Below are positions 19,560 through 30,765 of a DNA stretch of 64,000 nucleotides, piece after piece. The translations under genes were made by a program, and so were the position numbers. How positions within the stretch are numbered: the stretch's first letter is position 1; every line of letters begins with the position of its first letter. The notes beneath the pieces were generated by a model, which saw only the letters and a program-made list of their open reading frames with translations, did no database searches and had not been told where the DNA came from. The stretch is from assembly GCA_964248365.1 (NCBI GenBank), contig CAXTYC010000004.1, forward strand, positions 128,001 to 192,000, given 5' to 3'. This DNA comes from an uncultured Chroococcidiopsis sp. Its GTDB lineage: Bacteria; Cyanobacteriota; Cyanobacteriia; Cyanobacteriales; Chroococcidiopsidaceae.

Positions 19560-20255
19560 TTATCCAGCTCGATGGCTAAGTAATTGTAAAATGACAAGAC
19601 TTAGAGTTATAGCTACTGTCACACCAGTAACAGTGGTAAAGTTACGAACCAATTGCAACTGTCGTTCCACTTCTTGCAGATTTGATTGAGTCAAGCGCAA
19701 TTGAGTTTCCAACATTTCCTGTTTTTCAAAATGTTGGGCATTAAATCCAGCTTCCTCCAGTTGTTGCACAAAGGCTTCGAGTTCAATATTCAATTTAGCA
19801 TCAATAATTTTATTTAAGAAACTTTGAGTTGCTTCGTTTGTTGTCCATTCTTGCCAAAAACCAGACAGCCGAAGCGCCACCTCTTCCCTAATCTCACTGA
19901 CTTGTTTAGCTAGTTGGGCATTGTAATTACTCAAGTGAATATCTGCTCTACCTAGTTCATCCTGTAAATGAGCAAGATCATCCTTTAATTTTCTCGTTTT
20001 TGAGTTAATAACTGTTTCTATTTCTGCCAAGCATTGATTAACAAATACTTTAAACTCGGTGAGTTCTTCTCGATTAGCCTTGACTTCTTTGAGGTGTTTG
20101 TAAGTATGCCCTAACTCTTCAAACTGTGGCGGAATTTTAGCTAAAGCTTCGAGAACTGTGAACAATTGCCTCAGATGGTTACGTAGATCCGCCAGTTCCT
20201 GCTCGATATACTCTAGCTCATTTAAATTCTTTTCCATGAAGATTGTATTGTTCAA
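19560..20255 (-). CDS. coiled-coil protein with C-terminal transmembrane helix (last gene of the chemosensory cluster)
   Basis: Heptad-rich sequence ending in VTGVTVAITLSLVILQLL; overlaps the upstream regulator by 4 bp. Confidence 0.75.
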   Translation of the reverse strand: MNNTIFMEKNLNELEYIEQELADLRNHLRQLFTVLEALAKIPPQFEELGHTYKHLKEVKANREELTEFKVFVNQCLAEIETVINSKTRKLKDDLAHLQDELGRADIHLSNYNAQLAKQVSEIREEVALRLSGFWQEWTTNEATQSFLNKIIDAKLNIELEAFVQQLEEAGFNAQHFEKQEMLETQLRLTQSNLQEVERQLQLVRNFTTVTGVTVAITLSLVILQLLSHRAG

Positions 20256-21271
20256 ACTTTGAGTAAATTAGCAAAATTATGTAAACTTTGTTGCACCCAT
20301 TCGACCTTTTCACCTAATGCAACGTAGCTGTTCCCCACTTCCCGCATAGCTCTGATCTGTTTTAACACAAGCAGGCTACGATATTGTCTCGAAGTTGTCC
20401 CAAATCTGTTATCAGCTTCTTGTAGCAAGAAAGACAATCCTGATTCGTTATTCCAAGGAGCATCAACCAGAGTCAGCCAACTAAAAGCTTCTACTGCATT
20501 GTACGTTACCGCCTCTTGGTAAAACAAAAGTAGCCCTTGGGGTGACAATCCCTGCTCGATTCCCTCACAGAAGCCTCTTTTGAGATAATCAAGGGCGCGT
20601 TGCTGATTTTCTGGAGTACTGTCGATGTTAGACAACGCGCCAGCTAAATATAGTGCAGCTAAATTATTTTGGTTTTCTTTGAGCAGACTATTAAGATAAG
20701 CTAACAATTCAACGATCGCTTTTTGCTCGATAGCCTGGCGAATTACTTCTTTTAGTGCCTTTGGTTCAAAGTTTTTTAGCCCACGTATCACCTCCAGTTT
20801 CAATGGTTCAGAAACAGTTAATTGGGGTAAGAGTGCGACAGAATCAATTTCCACAGATGTAATTCTAGAATTAATTTTTTCTAGCAGCCCAGGTCCAATT
20901 TGAGAATATCCTTTATAAACCAAGCGAATCGCCCCAATCAGTTCTTCGGCGGGAGTATCTTTGAGTAGATAGCCTTTTGCACCCGCACGTAGAGCAGCAG
21001 CTAGAAACTTCTCATCGTCATAACTGCTCAAAACCAAAATTTTTGTGTCAGGAAAGCGCTCACAGATAATCCGCGTTGCTGTTACTCCATCCATTCCAGG
21101 CATTCGGATATCGATTAGCACAACATCAGGATGATGGGCTTCTACTAGCTCAATGCCAGATTGTCCATCGCTAGCGCTACCCACTATTTGGATACTTGAG
21201 TCTAGCTCTAGCAAAGCCGTTAGTGCTTGACGGATGAGTTTTTGATCGTCTACTAGCAATATCCGAATCAT
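20252..21271 (-). CDS. response regulator: NarL-type receiver plus a non-HTH helical output domain
   Basis: LVDDQ, DIRMP and GYLLK receiver motifs; no LuxR HTH in the C-terminal ~190 aa. Confidence 0.85.
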   Translation of the reverse strand: MIRILLVDDQKLIRQALTALLELDSSIQIVGSASDGQSGIELVEAHHPDVVLIDIRMPGMDGVTATRIICERFPDTKILVLSSYDDEKFLAAALRAGAKGYLLKDTPAEELIGAIRLVYKGYSQIGPGLLEKINSRITSVEIDSVALLPQLTVSEPLKLEVIRGLKNFEPKALKEVIRQAIEQKAIVELLAYLNSLLKENQNNLAALYLAGALSNIDSTPENQQRALDYLKRGFCEGIEQGLSPQGLLLFYQEAVTYNAVEAFSWLTLVDAPWNNESGLSFLLQEADNRFGTTSRQYRSLLVLKQIRAMREVGNSYVALGEKVEWVQQSLHNFANLLKV

Positions 21272-23781
21272 ACAGCAACTTGAGGTATTAAAAGTGCGAT
21301 CGCACTTAGCAATTCATCTGCCTGGAAGGGTTTGGTAAAATAGTCTGTTGCTCCCAGATTGCTAGCTGTTTGCCGATGCTGGGGATTTTCCCGCGAAGTC
21401 AATATCATAACTGGGAGATTGTGCCAACGGGGACTGTGGCGAATTTCTTTGAGTAACTCGAACCCATCCATTTGGGGCATCTCAATATCAGAGATTACCA
21501 AATCAAATTGTTCGGTGGGAGAGGATAGTAACTCCCAGGCTTCTTTACCATCGCGGCATTGTACTACTTGATACCCTGCATGGGTGAGAATGCGCTCTAA
21601 TATACGGCGAAATGCGATCGCATCATCTACGATCAAGATATGAGCTTTCCACTCAGAAGCCAACACACTTGTTTTGCTTGTCTGCTCCCCACCAACAACA
21701 TGGGTAAGCAACGAGCCAAAATGCTCTGGTGACAGTACTGGCACTACCTCACCTGTACCCAATACAGCTCCACCTAGAATGTATGCAGGTACTTTTACGG
21801 TAGGATCAAAAGGTTTAAGCAGCAGTTCCCGTTCTCCTAAAACAGAATTTACTGCTAGCACTATAACCATCTCATCAACTTCTAGCACTACGCCCATCGA
21901 ACAGTTGAGTTGAACCAATGGGGGGATGATTCCCCGCTGGCGATAAGGAAGTAAATGAATTAAAGAATACAGCATCGCTGTGCGATCGCGCCATTCGATC
22001 CTACTATCGTGGGTCAGAGCCTTGCCCTCGTCGGATAAAGCAATCACTTCTTTCACCTTTGGAGCAGGAATTGCCAAAGTCTGTTGTTGACACTTGCACA
22101 GCAACAATGGTAATATATTCAGAGTTAAAGGCATAGTGAGCGTAAAAGTGGTTCCTTGTCCCTGGTTGGTTTGAATTGCCACTTTTCCGCGCAGCCTTTC
22201 TACTTGCAATCGCACAATATCCAGCCCCAAACCCCTACCAGAAAAAGAAGTAACCTTAGTAGCAGTAGAAAATCCAGGGTGAAACAGCAATTCTAGAATT
22301 TGCGGCGGGGTGATGTCTGGTGATTGATCATCACATAATCCTAGCTCAATGGCTCTTTGATGGATTGCTTGAATATCGATGCCGCGTCCATCGTCTGCGA
22401 GGGTGACTCGAATGTGATTGCCGACAATACTAGCACCCAGAGTAATTTGGGCAATTGGTGATTTACCTTGTGCAAGTCTTTCTTCTGGTGTTTCAATGCC
22501 GTGAGCGAAGGCATTGCGAAAAAGATGGAGCAAAGGGATTTTTAATTGTTCGAGAATCACGCGATCGATCAGCGTTTCCTTGCCGACAATCACTAACTCT
22601 ACACTCTTGTTATATCGCTGGCTAAAACTTTGTTGCGCTGCGACAAATTGCCCTGCTAAAAGCCCAAATTGCACGAGTAGCGCTTCTGTCACATCAGAGC
22701 GCAAGTCGTCAAGTTGATGACGTAACTGAACTAGTGCTTCTCGAAATTCATCATTGAGCAGCTCTACATCAGATCTTACTTCCTGCACCTGCACGATTAG
22801 TTCTTGCAAATCTTGCAGTGTGCTATGTATTTTGGTAGCATCCGCACAAGAGGATGATTGTAACCGATCTGAGCTTGATAAACGAGGCTCAGATGTGGTA
22901 GAAGTGTTTACGGCTGGTGTAATTGCTAGATTGTCGTAGATAGCTTGCACTTCCTCACTAAGAGGGTTGAGTCGAGCAGCTCGTTGTTTGAGAGTGCGAT
23001 CAACACGCCCCAGTTGTTCTTGATACAACGATAGGCGTTCGTAACTGATGAAGAGTTCGCCAATCGTATTGTTAATTTGATCAAGTCTAGAAACTGGTAT
23101 CCGCAAATTTAAATTACGCACGAGTTGATCTGCGGTATCCTGTGGAGTGGGTGGCGAGTCGGGAGGCGAGAGGTTTTTCTCTGCCTGATCCACGCCAGTT
23201 TGCCCCTGCGGGGGAACCCCCGCACCTTTCTGGCTCCCCTGCTCCGTGCTGACTTTCTGTAAGGGTAAGGCATTGCCTTGCCCCTCCTGTGTGCGCGTGT
23301 GGGCGTTCGCCCCTACGACGTGGAACTCCTCTGCTAAGGGCAAATTTTGCAGAAAACTCTCTATTTCTGTCAACGTGGGTAAGAGAGTTGTTTGTGCCGC
23401 TACATGATCGAATGCTTCTGTGTGAGTGCTGGTAGCAGCAGCAATTAGAGTAGTAATTTGCTCAACACTTACAGATAACAATTCAAAAGCACAATTCGGC
23501 TCTGGTACACGTTTTTGCTGGAGGGCAAGCAATAAATCTTCTAGCTTGTGTGCTAGGCGAGAGAGTGTTAAAAATTGTGCTATGCCTGCCCCACCTTTGA
23601 GCGAGTGAGCTGCCCGCATTAAGGCTGTATACTCAGAAGACTCCCCAGTGGTAGGATCTGTTGCCCGTAACTGACGAATCCCCGCATCGAGAATTGATAA
23701 ATGGTCTGGGGCATCTTCGTATAAGAAGCAAGTGCGTATTTCTTGAGTAATTGCCTCTAGGCTTGCAGCATCTAGCACCAT
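21268..23781 (-). CDS. hybrid CheA-like kinase (Hpt-dimerisation-HATPase-CheW-REC)
   Basis: RAAHSLKG, HLFRNAFAHGIE, DDGRGID, SGRGLGLD, CheW domain, DIEMP receiver. Confidence 0.93.
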   Translation of the reverse strand: MVLDAASLEAITQEIRTCFLYEDAPDHLSILDAGIRQLRATDPTTGESSEYTALMRAAHSLKGGAGIAQFLTLSRLAHKLEDLLLALQQKRVPEPNCAFELLSVSVEQITTLIAAATSTHTEAFDHVAAQTTLLPTLTEIESFLQNLPLAEEFHVVGANAHTRTQEGQGNALPLQKVSTEQGSQKGAGVPPQGQTGVDQAEKNLSPPDSPPTPQDTADQLVRNLNLRIPVSRLDQINNTIGELFISYERLSLYQEQLGRVDRTLKQRAARLNPLSEEVQAIYDNLAITPAVNTSTTSEPRLSSSDRLQSSSCADATKIHSTLQDLQELIVQVQEVRSDVELLNDEFREALVQLRHQLDDLRSDVTEALLVQFGLLAGQFVAAQQSFSQRYNKSVELVIVGKETLIDRVILEQLKIPLLHLFRNAFAHGIETPEERLAQGKSPIAQITLGASIVGNHIRVTLADDGRGIDIQAIHQRAIELGLCDDQSPDITPPQILELLFHPGFSTATKVTSFSGRGLGLDIVRLQVERLRGKVAIQTNQGQGTTFTLTMPLTLNILPLLLCKCQQQTLAIPAPKVKEVIALSDEGKALTHDSRIEWRDRTAMLYSLIHLLPYRQRGIIPPLVQLNCSMGVVLEVDEMVIVLAVNSVLGERELLLKPFDPTVKVPAYILGGAVLGTGEVVPVLSPEHFGSLLTHVVGGEQTSKTSVLASEWKAHILIVDDAIAFRRILERILTHAGYQVVQCRDGKEAWELLSSPTEQFDLVISDIEMPQMDGFELLKEIRHSPRWHNLPVMILTSRENPQHRQTASNLGATDYFTKPFQADELLSAIALLIPQVAV

Positions 23782-23970
23782 AGGTAGGGAGTAGGGGAAA
23801 GGGGAGAGGGGGAGAGTGGGAGAGGGGGAGAGGGGGAACTCGATCTTCCCCTCTGGGGATAAGGGGGCAAGGGGGAGAGGGGGAGAGGGACAAGATGGAC
23901 AAGATGGGGAGAAATCCCCCTATCACCTCACCATCCCATCCCCTCATTCCTCACCCCTAGCCCCTAGCCC

Positions 23971-26703
23971 CTAGCCCCTTTCTACTCGGAATCGAGACAC
24001 AGAATTTTGTAGCTCTTGTGCAACAAGCAGTAGTTCCTGCATGGCAGACAATACAGCATCTGATTCTACCTTTGTTGTTTGGGCGATCGCTGATACTGTT
24101 TGCATAGAGGAGTTGACCATTTTCGAGTTTTGAGCTTGAGAAACTGTACCCAGTGAAATTGATTGCAGCAAAGAGTCAATTTCTAGGCTAACACTAGCCA
24201 AAGATTGCAAAGTTTGTTTGGTTTTTGTCACCAGCAATGTACCACTTACTACCTCAGTGTTGCTCACTTCCATTGTTTTTAGCACATCGCTCGTTCCCTG
24301 TTGTATCGTGCTTACGAGGATCTCAATTTCCCTAGTAGATTCTGTCACCCTTTGAGCTAAACGCCGTACTTCATTTGCTACCAAACGAAACCCTTTACCA
24401 TGTTCTCCGGCTTTAGATGCTTCAATGGCGGCGTTGAAGGCAAGTATATTTGTTCTTTTCGATATTTCAGAGATAATGCTCACAATTTTAGAAATTTCTT
24501 GCGCCGACTGTGCCAGTCGTTTTGCTTTTTTGGTTGTTTCAGATACACGGGTGCGAACCATCTCGATGCTGTCAACGGTTTGATCCATAGTTCGCGCGCC
24601 CTCGTTGGCAGATTCTAGAGCAGAGCGAGCGATCGCAGCGGCTTTTGAGGCGGTGGATGCGATCGCCTCTATAGATTCCTCCATTTGAGCCACCTGAACG
24701 AGCGTTTTTGCCACCTCTTGGGCAGATTCGGTTGCTTCCCCAGACAGTGAGGCTACTTTCGATTCACTTTTAATCGCCTCTGTCTGCACTGAGTTAGCGG
24801 CAGTTTTAACTTGAAGTACCAAATTCCGTAAACTGGAAATTACAGTATTAAAAGCATCGGCGATCGCTCCTGTTTCCCCTTGACTTACGTTGACTCTAAC
24901 TGTCAAATCGCCTTGCTTTACTGTTTCAGTCTCCAGTAGCAAATTAATCATCTCTTGCTGTAAACGTTCTTTTTCTCTACGCCATCGTGCTTCTTGTTGG
25001 CGAATTACTTGCATTTTAGCTTCAATATTAGCTGCCATCCCATTTAAATTGTGAGCCAAGACACCAATTTCATCTTGTCCCTGTGTATCCTCTAATCGTA
25101 ATCCCTGTTTTCCCTCTCCTACAGCAGAAGCAAAATGGGCTAAACGCCTCAGTGGACGCGCAAACGAGCGAGCAATTAGAATAGCTGCCCCAGCTGCTAT
25201 CAGCGTCATTGCTAACCCAATAGTGTAGGCTGTTAATTGCCCTTCTGCTAGTAAACTATTGACTTCTGCTAGAGGTCGTGCTACAAATATCATGCCTACA
25301 GGTTTAGCAGCAGTTGGGTTAAGTTCCTGTTGATGGTCATATAAAGGTCGATAGACTCCTAGATAGTCTACGTTGGCAATTTTTGTTTGCCCGATATACT
25401 CTTGTCCTTGATTGAGAACAGTTTGTGCTACTTGGGGGGGCGCAAGAGTTCCGATATCTCGCATACCATTGCTAGTAGGAACATTAGAACTAATTCGCAA
25501 GTCTTGGGCAAAGACTGTTGCAATGGGGACATTTACCCGTGCTTTAAACGAATCGATTGTTAAGAGATTACGATTTTCTACTGCTCCCACAATCACAGTT
25601 CCCACCAATTTGTTGCCAATTTTAATCGGCTTAACCACCATAGATACTAATGCTGTACCCCCATCAATGTCATAGGTTCGATATTGAGGTTGTTCGTCGG
25701 TTGGCACTTGTTCAGGGTGCGATGCAACACCGATATTCGCTTGTTTTTCTTGCCCTAAACGCTTGACGATATTACTGTTCAACAACTCCATTCCACCTAA
25801 CTCTTTTCCAGTTTGCAGGGCATTTTTTACAATTGGCACATCTCCTAAATAAATACCCATTGGCAATGTCACACGGCGATAGCGTGGAGTTAGTTGCAGT
25901 TGATTTGCAGGCAAGTTGTAAGATTCCTCTGCTAAAGTTTGGACATATTGAGCAACCAATCTACCTTGTGCATCAGTCAGAATTCTGATATTCTTTTCTA
26001 CAGAGCTACTTTCCGGTGAAACTTTAAAATTACCAATATAGTTTTGCAACAGTTGTCGCTGCCGTGCCACCTGTTGAGGATTGCTTATATCAATTTTTGT
26101 GGTTTGTATAAACTGGGCTATAGTATCTGCCTCGGTTCTAGCTTCATCCACATTCCAAACAACATAATCTTCTATAAAGTACATTGCTTCTCTTTGCAGA
26201 GATTGTTTGAACTTGTCGAATAAGTTGTTCTTCGTGACAGCAACAATGCCTTGGGTAACAACAATTATCGGTATCGCAGTACTAGCCACTAATACAATAG
26301 TGAGTTTAGTACGAAAGTTTAAGTTTCTCCAACTTTGGCTGAGCTTGCTTCGTACAAATTTGAATCTGGGAGGAATTTGATTAGGCTGGGAGATTGTTGC
26401 CTGGGATTGAGTAACAGAGCTATTTTTATTTTTTAAGTGGGCATCCTCATGCAACCCATTGGATTCTAAGTTCTCCAACGCTTTTCGGGCAACCCTACTG
26501 TACACTCCCTCTTGATCTTGGTCAAGAATTTGTTGATAGAGTGCAACTGATGCAGAAATTTCTCCTGTTTGCTCTAGAGCATTAGCCAGCAAAATTTTTT
26601 TAACTAAATCTGTAGGGTTGCGTTCAACCTCTGCTTTTAATGCTGCAATATCTTGAGGCGTAGGAGTATGGTGATAACCATTACTTGATGCTGTCATGCT
26701 CAA
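23971..26703 (-). CDS. methyl-accepting chemotaxis protein (N-terminal TPR, TM-Cache-TM, HAMP, MA)
   Basis: TPR-like N-terminus, [43 protein letters not shown] signalling tip. Confidence 0.93.
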   Translation of the reverse strand: MSMTASSNGYHHTPTPQDIAALKAEVERNPTDLVKKILLANALEQTGEISASVALYQQILDQDQEGVYSRVARKALENLESNGLHEDAHLKNKNSSVTQSQATISQPNQIPPRFKFVRSKLSQSWRNLNFRTKLTIVLVASTAIPIIVVTQGIVAVTKNNLFDKFKQSLQREAMYFIEDYVVWNVDEARTEADTIAQFIQTTKIDISNPQQVARQRQLLQNYIGNFKVSPESSSVEKNIRILTDAQGRLVAQYVQTLAEESYNLPANQLQLTPRYRRVTLPMGIYLGDVPIVKNALQTGKELGGMELLNSNIVKRLGQEKQANIGVASHPEQVPTDEQPQYRTYDIDGGTALVSMVVKPIKIGNKLVGTVIVGAVENRNLLTIDSFKARVNVPIATVFAQDLRISSNVPTSNGMRDIGTLAPPQVAQTVLNQGQEYIGQTKIANVDYLGVYRPLYDHQQELNPTAAKPVGMIFVARPLAEVNSLLAEGQLTAYTIGLAMTLIAAGAAILIARSFARPLRRLAHFASAVGEGKQGLRLEDTQGQDEIGVLAHNLNGMAANIEAKMQVIRQQEARWRREKERLQQEMINLLLETETVKQGDLTVRVNVSQGETGAIADAFNTVISSLRNLVLQVKTAANSVQTEAIKSESKVASLSGEATESAQEVAKTLVQVAQMEESIEAIASTASKAAAIARSALESANEGARTMDQTVDSIEMVRTRVSETTKKAKRLAQSAQEISKIVSIISEISKRTNILAFNAAIEASKAGEHGKGFRLVANEVRRLAQRVTESTREIEILVSTIQQGTSDVLKTMEVSNTEVVSGTLLVTKTKQTLQSLASVSLEIDSLLQSISLGTVSQAQNSKMVNSSMQTVSAIAQTTKVESDAVLSAMQELLLVAQELQNSVSRFRVERG

Positions 26704-26717
26704 TTACCGATGAACAA

Positions 26718-27194
26718 TTAGCTATTAGCTAAGGCAATGAAAACTGCATTGACATTGAGAATCGATACCTGCGACTGTTCAATTTCAGCCACACCAGATA
26801 AAAAGGAACGAATGATAGGGGAATCTGCTGGTACAGGTTTTATTTGCTCTGAGTCTAGAAATATAATCTCCTTGAGAATCGATACTACACAGCCAACTTG
26901 AGGTGATTCTTGCTCTCTCGTTGCATTCGCTGCACTTGTGGTTAAGACTATTAGTGTTAAATTATACTGTGAAATTAAGCTTTTAGGAGCGTGACCTAGC
27001 CCTAATAAATCACTTAACTCTAGCACCCACAGTAAACTACCACGCTGATTTACTACACCTAATAAAGTGGGTGATATGCCAGGAATTGGACAAATTTGTT
27101 CACAAGCCAATGTAATTACACCCGCTGTATGCGCGAGAGGTATTAAAAGCCCTGTGGCTGGATGAAGTTGTATGTAGAAGTATTCGTTTATCAA
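26718..27194 (-). CDS. CheW-like adaptor
   Basis: ICPIPG...LLGVVNQRG.LLWVLEL..LLG. Confidence 0.9.
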   Translation of the reverse strand: MINEYFYIQLHPATGLLIPLAHTAGVITLACEQICPIPGISPTLLGVVNQRGSLLWVLELSDLLGLGHAPKSLISQYNLTLIVLTTSAANATREQESPQVGCVVSILKEIIFLDSEQIKPVPADSPIIRSFLSGVAEIEQSQVSILNVNAVFIALANS

Positions 27195-27246
27195 TTATCA
27201 ATTATCAATTACCAATTACCACTTGTTCATTATTCATTGATTATGG

Positions 27247-27612
27247 CTAGCTAAGATAGCTACAAACAGTCTTGACTAAATCTAGTGGAGCAAAAGGTTT
27301 TGTGATGTAGGCATTTCCTCCCTGACGTAAAGCCCAAAACTGATCGAATTCCTGATCTTTCGATGAACAAAAAATAATTGATGTGTTCTCAAAGTCAGGA
27401 TCAGAGCGTAGTTGGCGACATAAATCAAATCCATTCAAACCAGGCATAACGATATCTAATACGATTAAGTCGGGTTGGGGATTCGAGGCTAACCAGCTTA
27501 ATGCCGATTCAGCTGAATCTACACAGAATACGTTTAAGCCAACTTGTTGCAGTAAAGCCATAATTAAACGTTGGTCAGTGCGGCTATCTTCAACTACTAA
27601 AACAGTTTTCAT
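27247..27612 (-). CDS. single-domain CheY-like response regulator
   Basis: VVEDS, DIVMPG and YITKPF motifs. ORF from 27618, ATG at 27612. Confidence 0.92.
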   Translation of the reverse strand: MKTVLVVEDSRTDQRLIMALLQQVGLNVFCVDSAESALSWLASNPQPDLIVLDIVMPGLNGFDLCRQLRSDPDFENTSIIFCSSKDQEFDQFWALRQGGNAYITKPFAPLDLVKTVCSYLS

Positions 27613-28502
27613 TCTCAATTCAAATCAAAATCAGCAAATAAAAGAGTTAAAATTGTTGATTGTTTAAAATGATTTTAATCATAGGAAAATATGATTGAGA
27701 TAAAGTTATGCTAAATATTTATTATAGAGTTAATTCACCTGCTTAAGCAGGAGGCTATCAAAATTGGGCTGCCTCCAGAAAAGGAAAAGCTTCTTAACGC
27801 AAATTTTAGGCTAGAACTGCCCATATCGCTTCTTCTAAGGGTTGTTCTCTCGCAACTGTCAAAGCACTCTACCATTTGTCAACCACACCCGCCTAGAAAT
27901 TTATTTCTAGCACCAAAGCTCAAAACAGTTAAAACTGATACCATTTTAGATTTTGCGAAAAGTTGAGCTTTGGAGGGTGCGGAGGTTCCCGACCTTGTGG
28001 CAACAACCGCGTGCGGTGTCGGTTTGGCTTGCGCCAAACTTTTCAAGACAGATTTAAAGATTGTGAAAGCCTTATGGGAGTAAAAGTTTCCAGCATTCCA
28101 AGTGTTGCAGCAAGAAAACAAAATGGTATGACTGCGTGGGGATTTGAGTCTATAGCGCAACTCCTTTTCCAATATTGGAAAAGGAGTTTCCTAGTATAGC
28201 GATGTATTTCTAGTCTCATATTTGTATTGTTGGTTTAAGGGGAAATTATACAAGCGATCGCTTCCAATTTCCCCCACTTTCTAGGGCGTGTTTGCCGACG
28301 TCAGTTTGTGAAGAATTTTTACGAGAACTGACATTCTGCATAAAAGGAAAGGCAAAACCTTGAGTATTATCTTAGCAGCTCAAAATCATCGATTTTGTAG
28401 TTGGCAACGCTCTTAATAACAGATTTGTGTTGAGTGAACAAGACATTTGTTTCAAAAGCACTGACAACTGTAATAAAATTTAATTTTTCTTAGGATAAGA
28501 CC

Positions 28503-28787
28503 ATGTCCAACAATACAAATGATTTGCTTCTAGAAGGCGTAAAGGAAGTAGAAAAGCGATCGCTCATCCAAAAATATCTACAATATCCTTTATCCTTTGC
28601 ATTGTCAAAGTTGGCAACTTTGTTTCAAGCTGCTCCTTCTGGTAGCCACCCTCACGCGATTGAAAATGATGGCTCTGAACAATATGAACTCTTTCACCCT
28701 AGTGAGCAAGATTTGTACAGTTGCTTTGCAGATCGAGTTGATCCTTCATTTTACTACGCAATTTTCTTTCCCTACAACCGATATTAA
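28503..28787 (+). CDS. hypothetical protein (94 aa)
   Basis: ATG preceded by an AGGA-like RBS; plausible composition, no recognised motif. Confidence 0.6.
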   Translation: MSNNTNDLLLEGVKEVEKRSLIQKYLQYPLSFALSKLATLFQAAPSGSHPHAIENDGSEQYELFHPSEQDLYSCFADRVDPSFYYAIFFPYNRY

Positions 28788-29587
28788 ACTCTGACGAAGA
28801 AGGAAGAAGGATAAAGGATGTACAAGGGAGCGTTCCCCAAGGGTAGGATCAAGTGTGTTAGCGTTCACGAAGTGTAGCGAAGCGTCTAGCGGCGCGTTAG
28901 CGCAGTGTGAAATTTTAACCTTTATCCTTTTTCTTTACTATCAGCGTGGCTACCACTCTACATTTAAACTCTGAATATTGCAACGCTATTTCAGTTGTCA
29001 GATTGTCACTAAAGGCTGACAATAAGCTATTGCATATAAAAATTGCATCGAGCATCTGGACTTCTGGACCTCTTGACCTCTGGACCTATCATCACTAAAA
29101 ATTAAATATACATCAGCTTAGTACGAGTGTTATTTGTCTTTTATCCTCTGATGGATACAAATACCTAATGACAAGTGACGCGACAATTTACCACTGAAAA
29201 ATGGGTAGAATGAGCATTTAGATGAAACTAATATTATGCTCTTAACCCAAAGGTAAAAAAATGTTTCATCTAGGTCTTAAAGGGTGGAAATTCTGTTAGG
29301 ATTTCCCTTAGTTGTATCATCACCACACCATTTTTGAACTGGTAATGAAATGAGTTTTGGGCTAATAGCTTAATTCGAATGGTACGCTCTTCGAGTGCAA
29401 ATAATCTGAAACTTAAAACTCTAGTAGAGTTGCTTGATCGCTGCTTAATTTTCTTTTGACTAACGCACCGTTTGGGTGTATTGGGTTCCCAAAGTCATAA
29501 GAAGGTTTATTTAGATGGGCGAAAATTAGCAAGATTTATCCAGTTCATTGAGGCGTGATAAAAACGTTTTTCAGACGAGGGTTCGTG

Positions 29588-30304
29588 ATGAAATCAAATT
29601 TAGGAATAGAAGCTGAGTTTTTTTTCCAGCTGGGGTTACGCCAGATTCAAGCAGAAGAATATGAAGCAGCGGTAACGAGTTTAGACAAAGCGCTGTTGTG
29701 CCAACCAAATTATATTGCTGCTATGTCGGAACGTGGCTTGGCGCTGGGAAACTTGAGTCGTCATTATGAGGCGATCGCTAATTTTGACAAAGCTCTCTCG
29801 ATTATGCCAAATAACTACGGAGTTTGGCACAACCGAGGCATTGCACTTGGTAATTTAGGTCAATACGAAGCCGCAATTAACAGCTTTGATCGAGCAATAA
29901 AGCTCAACCCGAAAATATCAACTTTTTGGCATAACCGAGGCATTACATTAATTGACTGGGGTTGCTATGATAAAGCAGTTACCAGCTTTGATCATGCCCT
30001 TAAACTACAACCAGATAGCCACTGGGCATGGTACAATCGAGGTACAGCACTTTTGCAATTGCAGCGCTACGAAATTGCCCTCAACAGCTTTGATAAAGCG
30101 ATTGAGTTCCTCCCCGATTTTTTACTGGCTTGGTATCGTCGGGGTATGACATTAAGTGGTTGGGGCTATTACAAAAAGGCAATTGCTAGCTTTAATAGAG
30201 CTATAGAGATTAATCCAAACTACAAGCTTGCTTATTATAGTTTAGCGATCGCCTTACAGAAATTAGAGCGCGACTCGAAACAATTACCAGCTTCAACAAA
30301 GTAA
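29588..30304 (+). CDS. tetratricopeptide repeat protein
   Basis: About 6 repeats of 34 aa, W.NRG.AL...Y..A...FD.A. ORF from 29555, ATG at 29588. Confidence 0.92.
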   Translation: MKSNLGIEAEFFFQLGLRQIQAEEYEAAVTSLDKALLCQPNYIAAMSERGLALGNLSRHYEAIANFDKALSIMPNNYGVWHNRGIALGNLGQYEAAINSFDRAIKLNPKISTFWHNRGITLIDWGCYDKAVTSFDHALKLQPDSHWAWYNRGTALLQLQRYEIALNSFDKAIEFLPDFLLAWYRRGMTLSGWGYYKKAIASFNRAIEINPNYKLAYYSLAIALQKLERDSKQLPASTK

Positions 30305-30343
30305 TGCAAACATAAATTTTTCGTTTGATATCTGCCATATTTT

Positions 30344-30387
30344 GCTGTCTGGTGAATAGCTTGCTATTCACCAGACAGCTTTATTTT
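30344..30387 (+). terminator. perfect 17-bp inverted repeat plus T-rich tail (probable intrinsic terminator)
   Basis: GCTGTCTGGTGAATAGC-TT-GCTATTCACCAGACAGC-TTTATTTT, about 40 bp after the TPR stop. Confidence 0.75.
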
Positions 30388-30765
30388 GTACAAATCTAAT
30401 AATAACGATATCATTCATACTGCGATCGTACTTTTACAGATGCGTAGTAAGTTAGGCTTCGCCGCAAAGCACCAAAAGCCTTTAGTTAAAACCTGCCCAT
30501 TACTAAAAACAAATTACTAAAAACAATATTATCAGCACATTTAACAATAACTTCAGTAATAACACTCACAGGCTACCGAGGGCAAAGACGATACAATTTG
30601 CTCAAAGTAGCAATGATTGAAATCCAAAGTGATGATAACAATACTAACTTGAACCGAGACGCATCGGACAAACTTGCTCCTAAGCTCTGCCTAGGAACGA
30701 GAAATTCGAGGCTCAGCCTCGTGTTAACCGCTGATGCAACATCTCAATCAAAGAATATTTATAAA

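Noticed and set aside
27879..28199. Overlapping 97-aa and 78-aa ORFs upstream of cheY as a possible patA remnant
   Set aside because: No receiver or PATAN motifs are visible, and the centre is a short palindromic repeat.
30598..30765. 56-aa N-terminal extension of the MTase-HIT ORF
   Set aside because: It runs through a REP-like palindrome; ATG at 30766 is the more plausible start.
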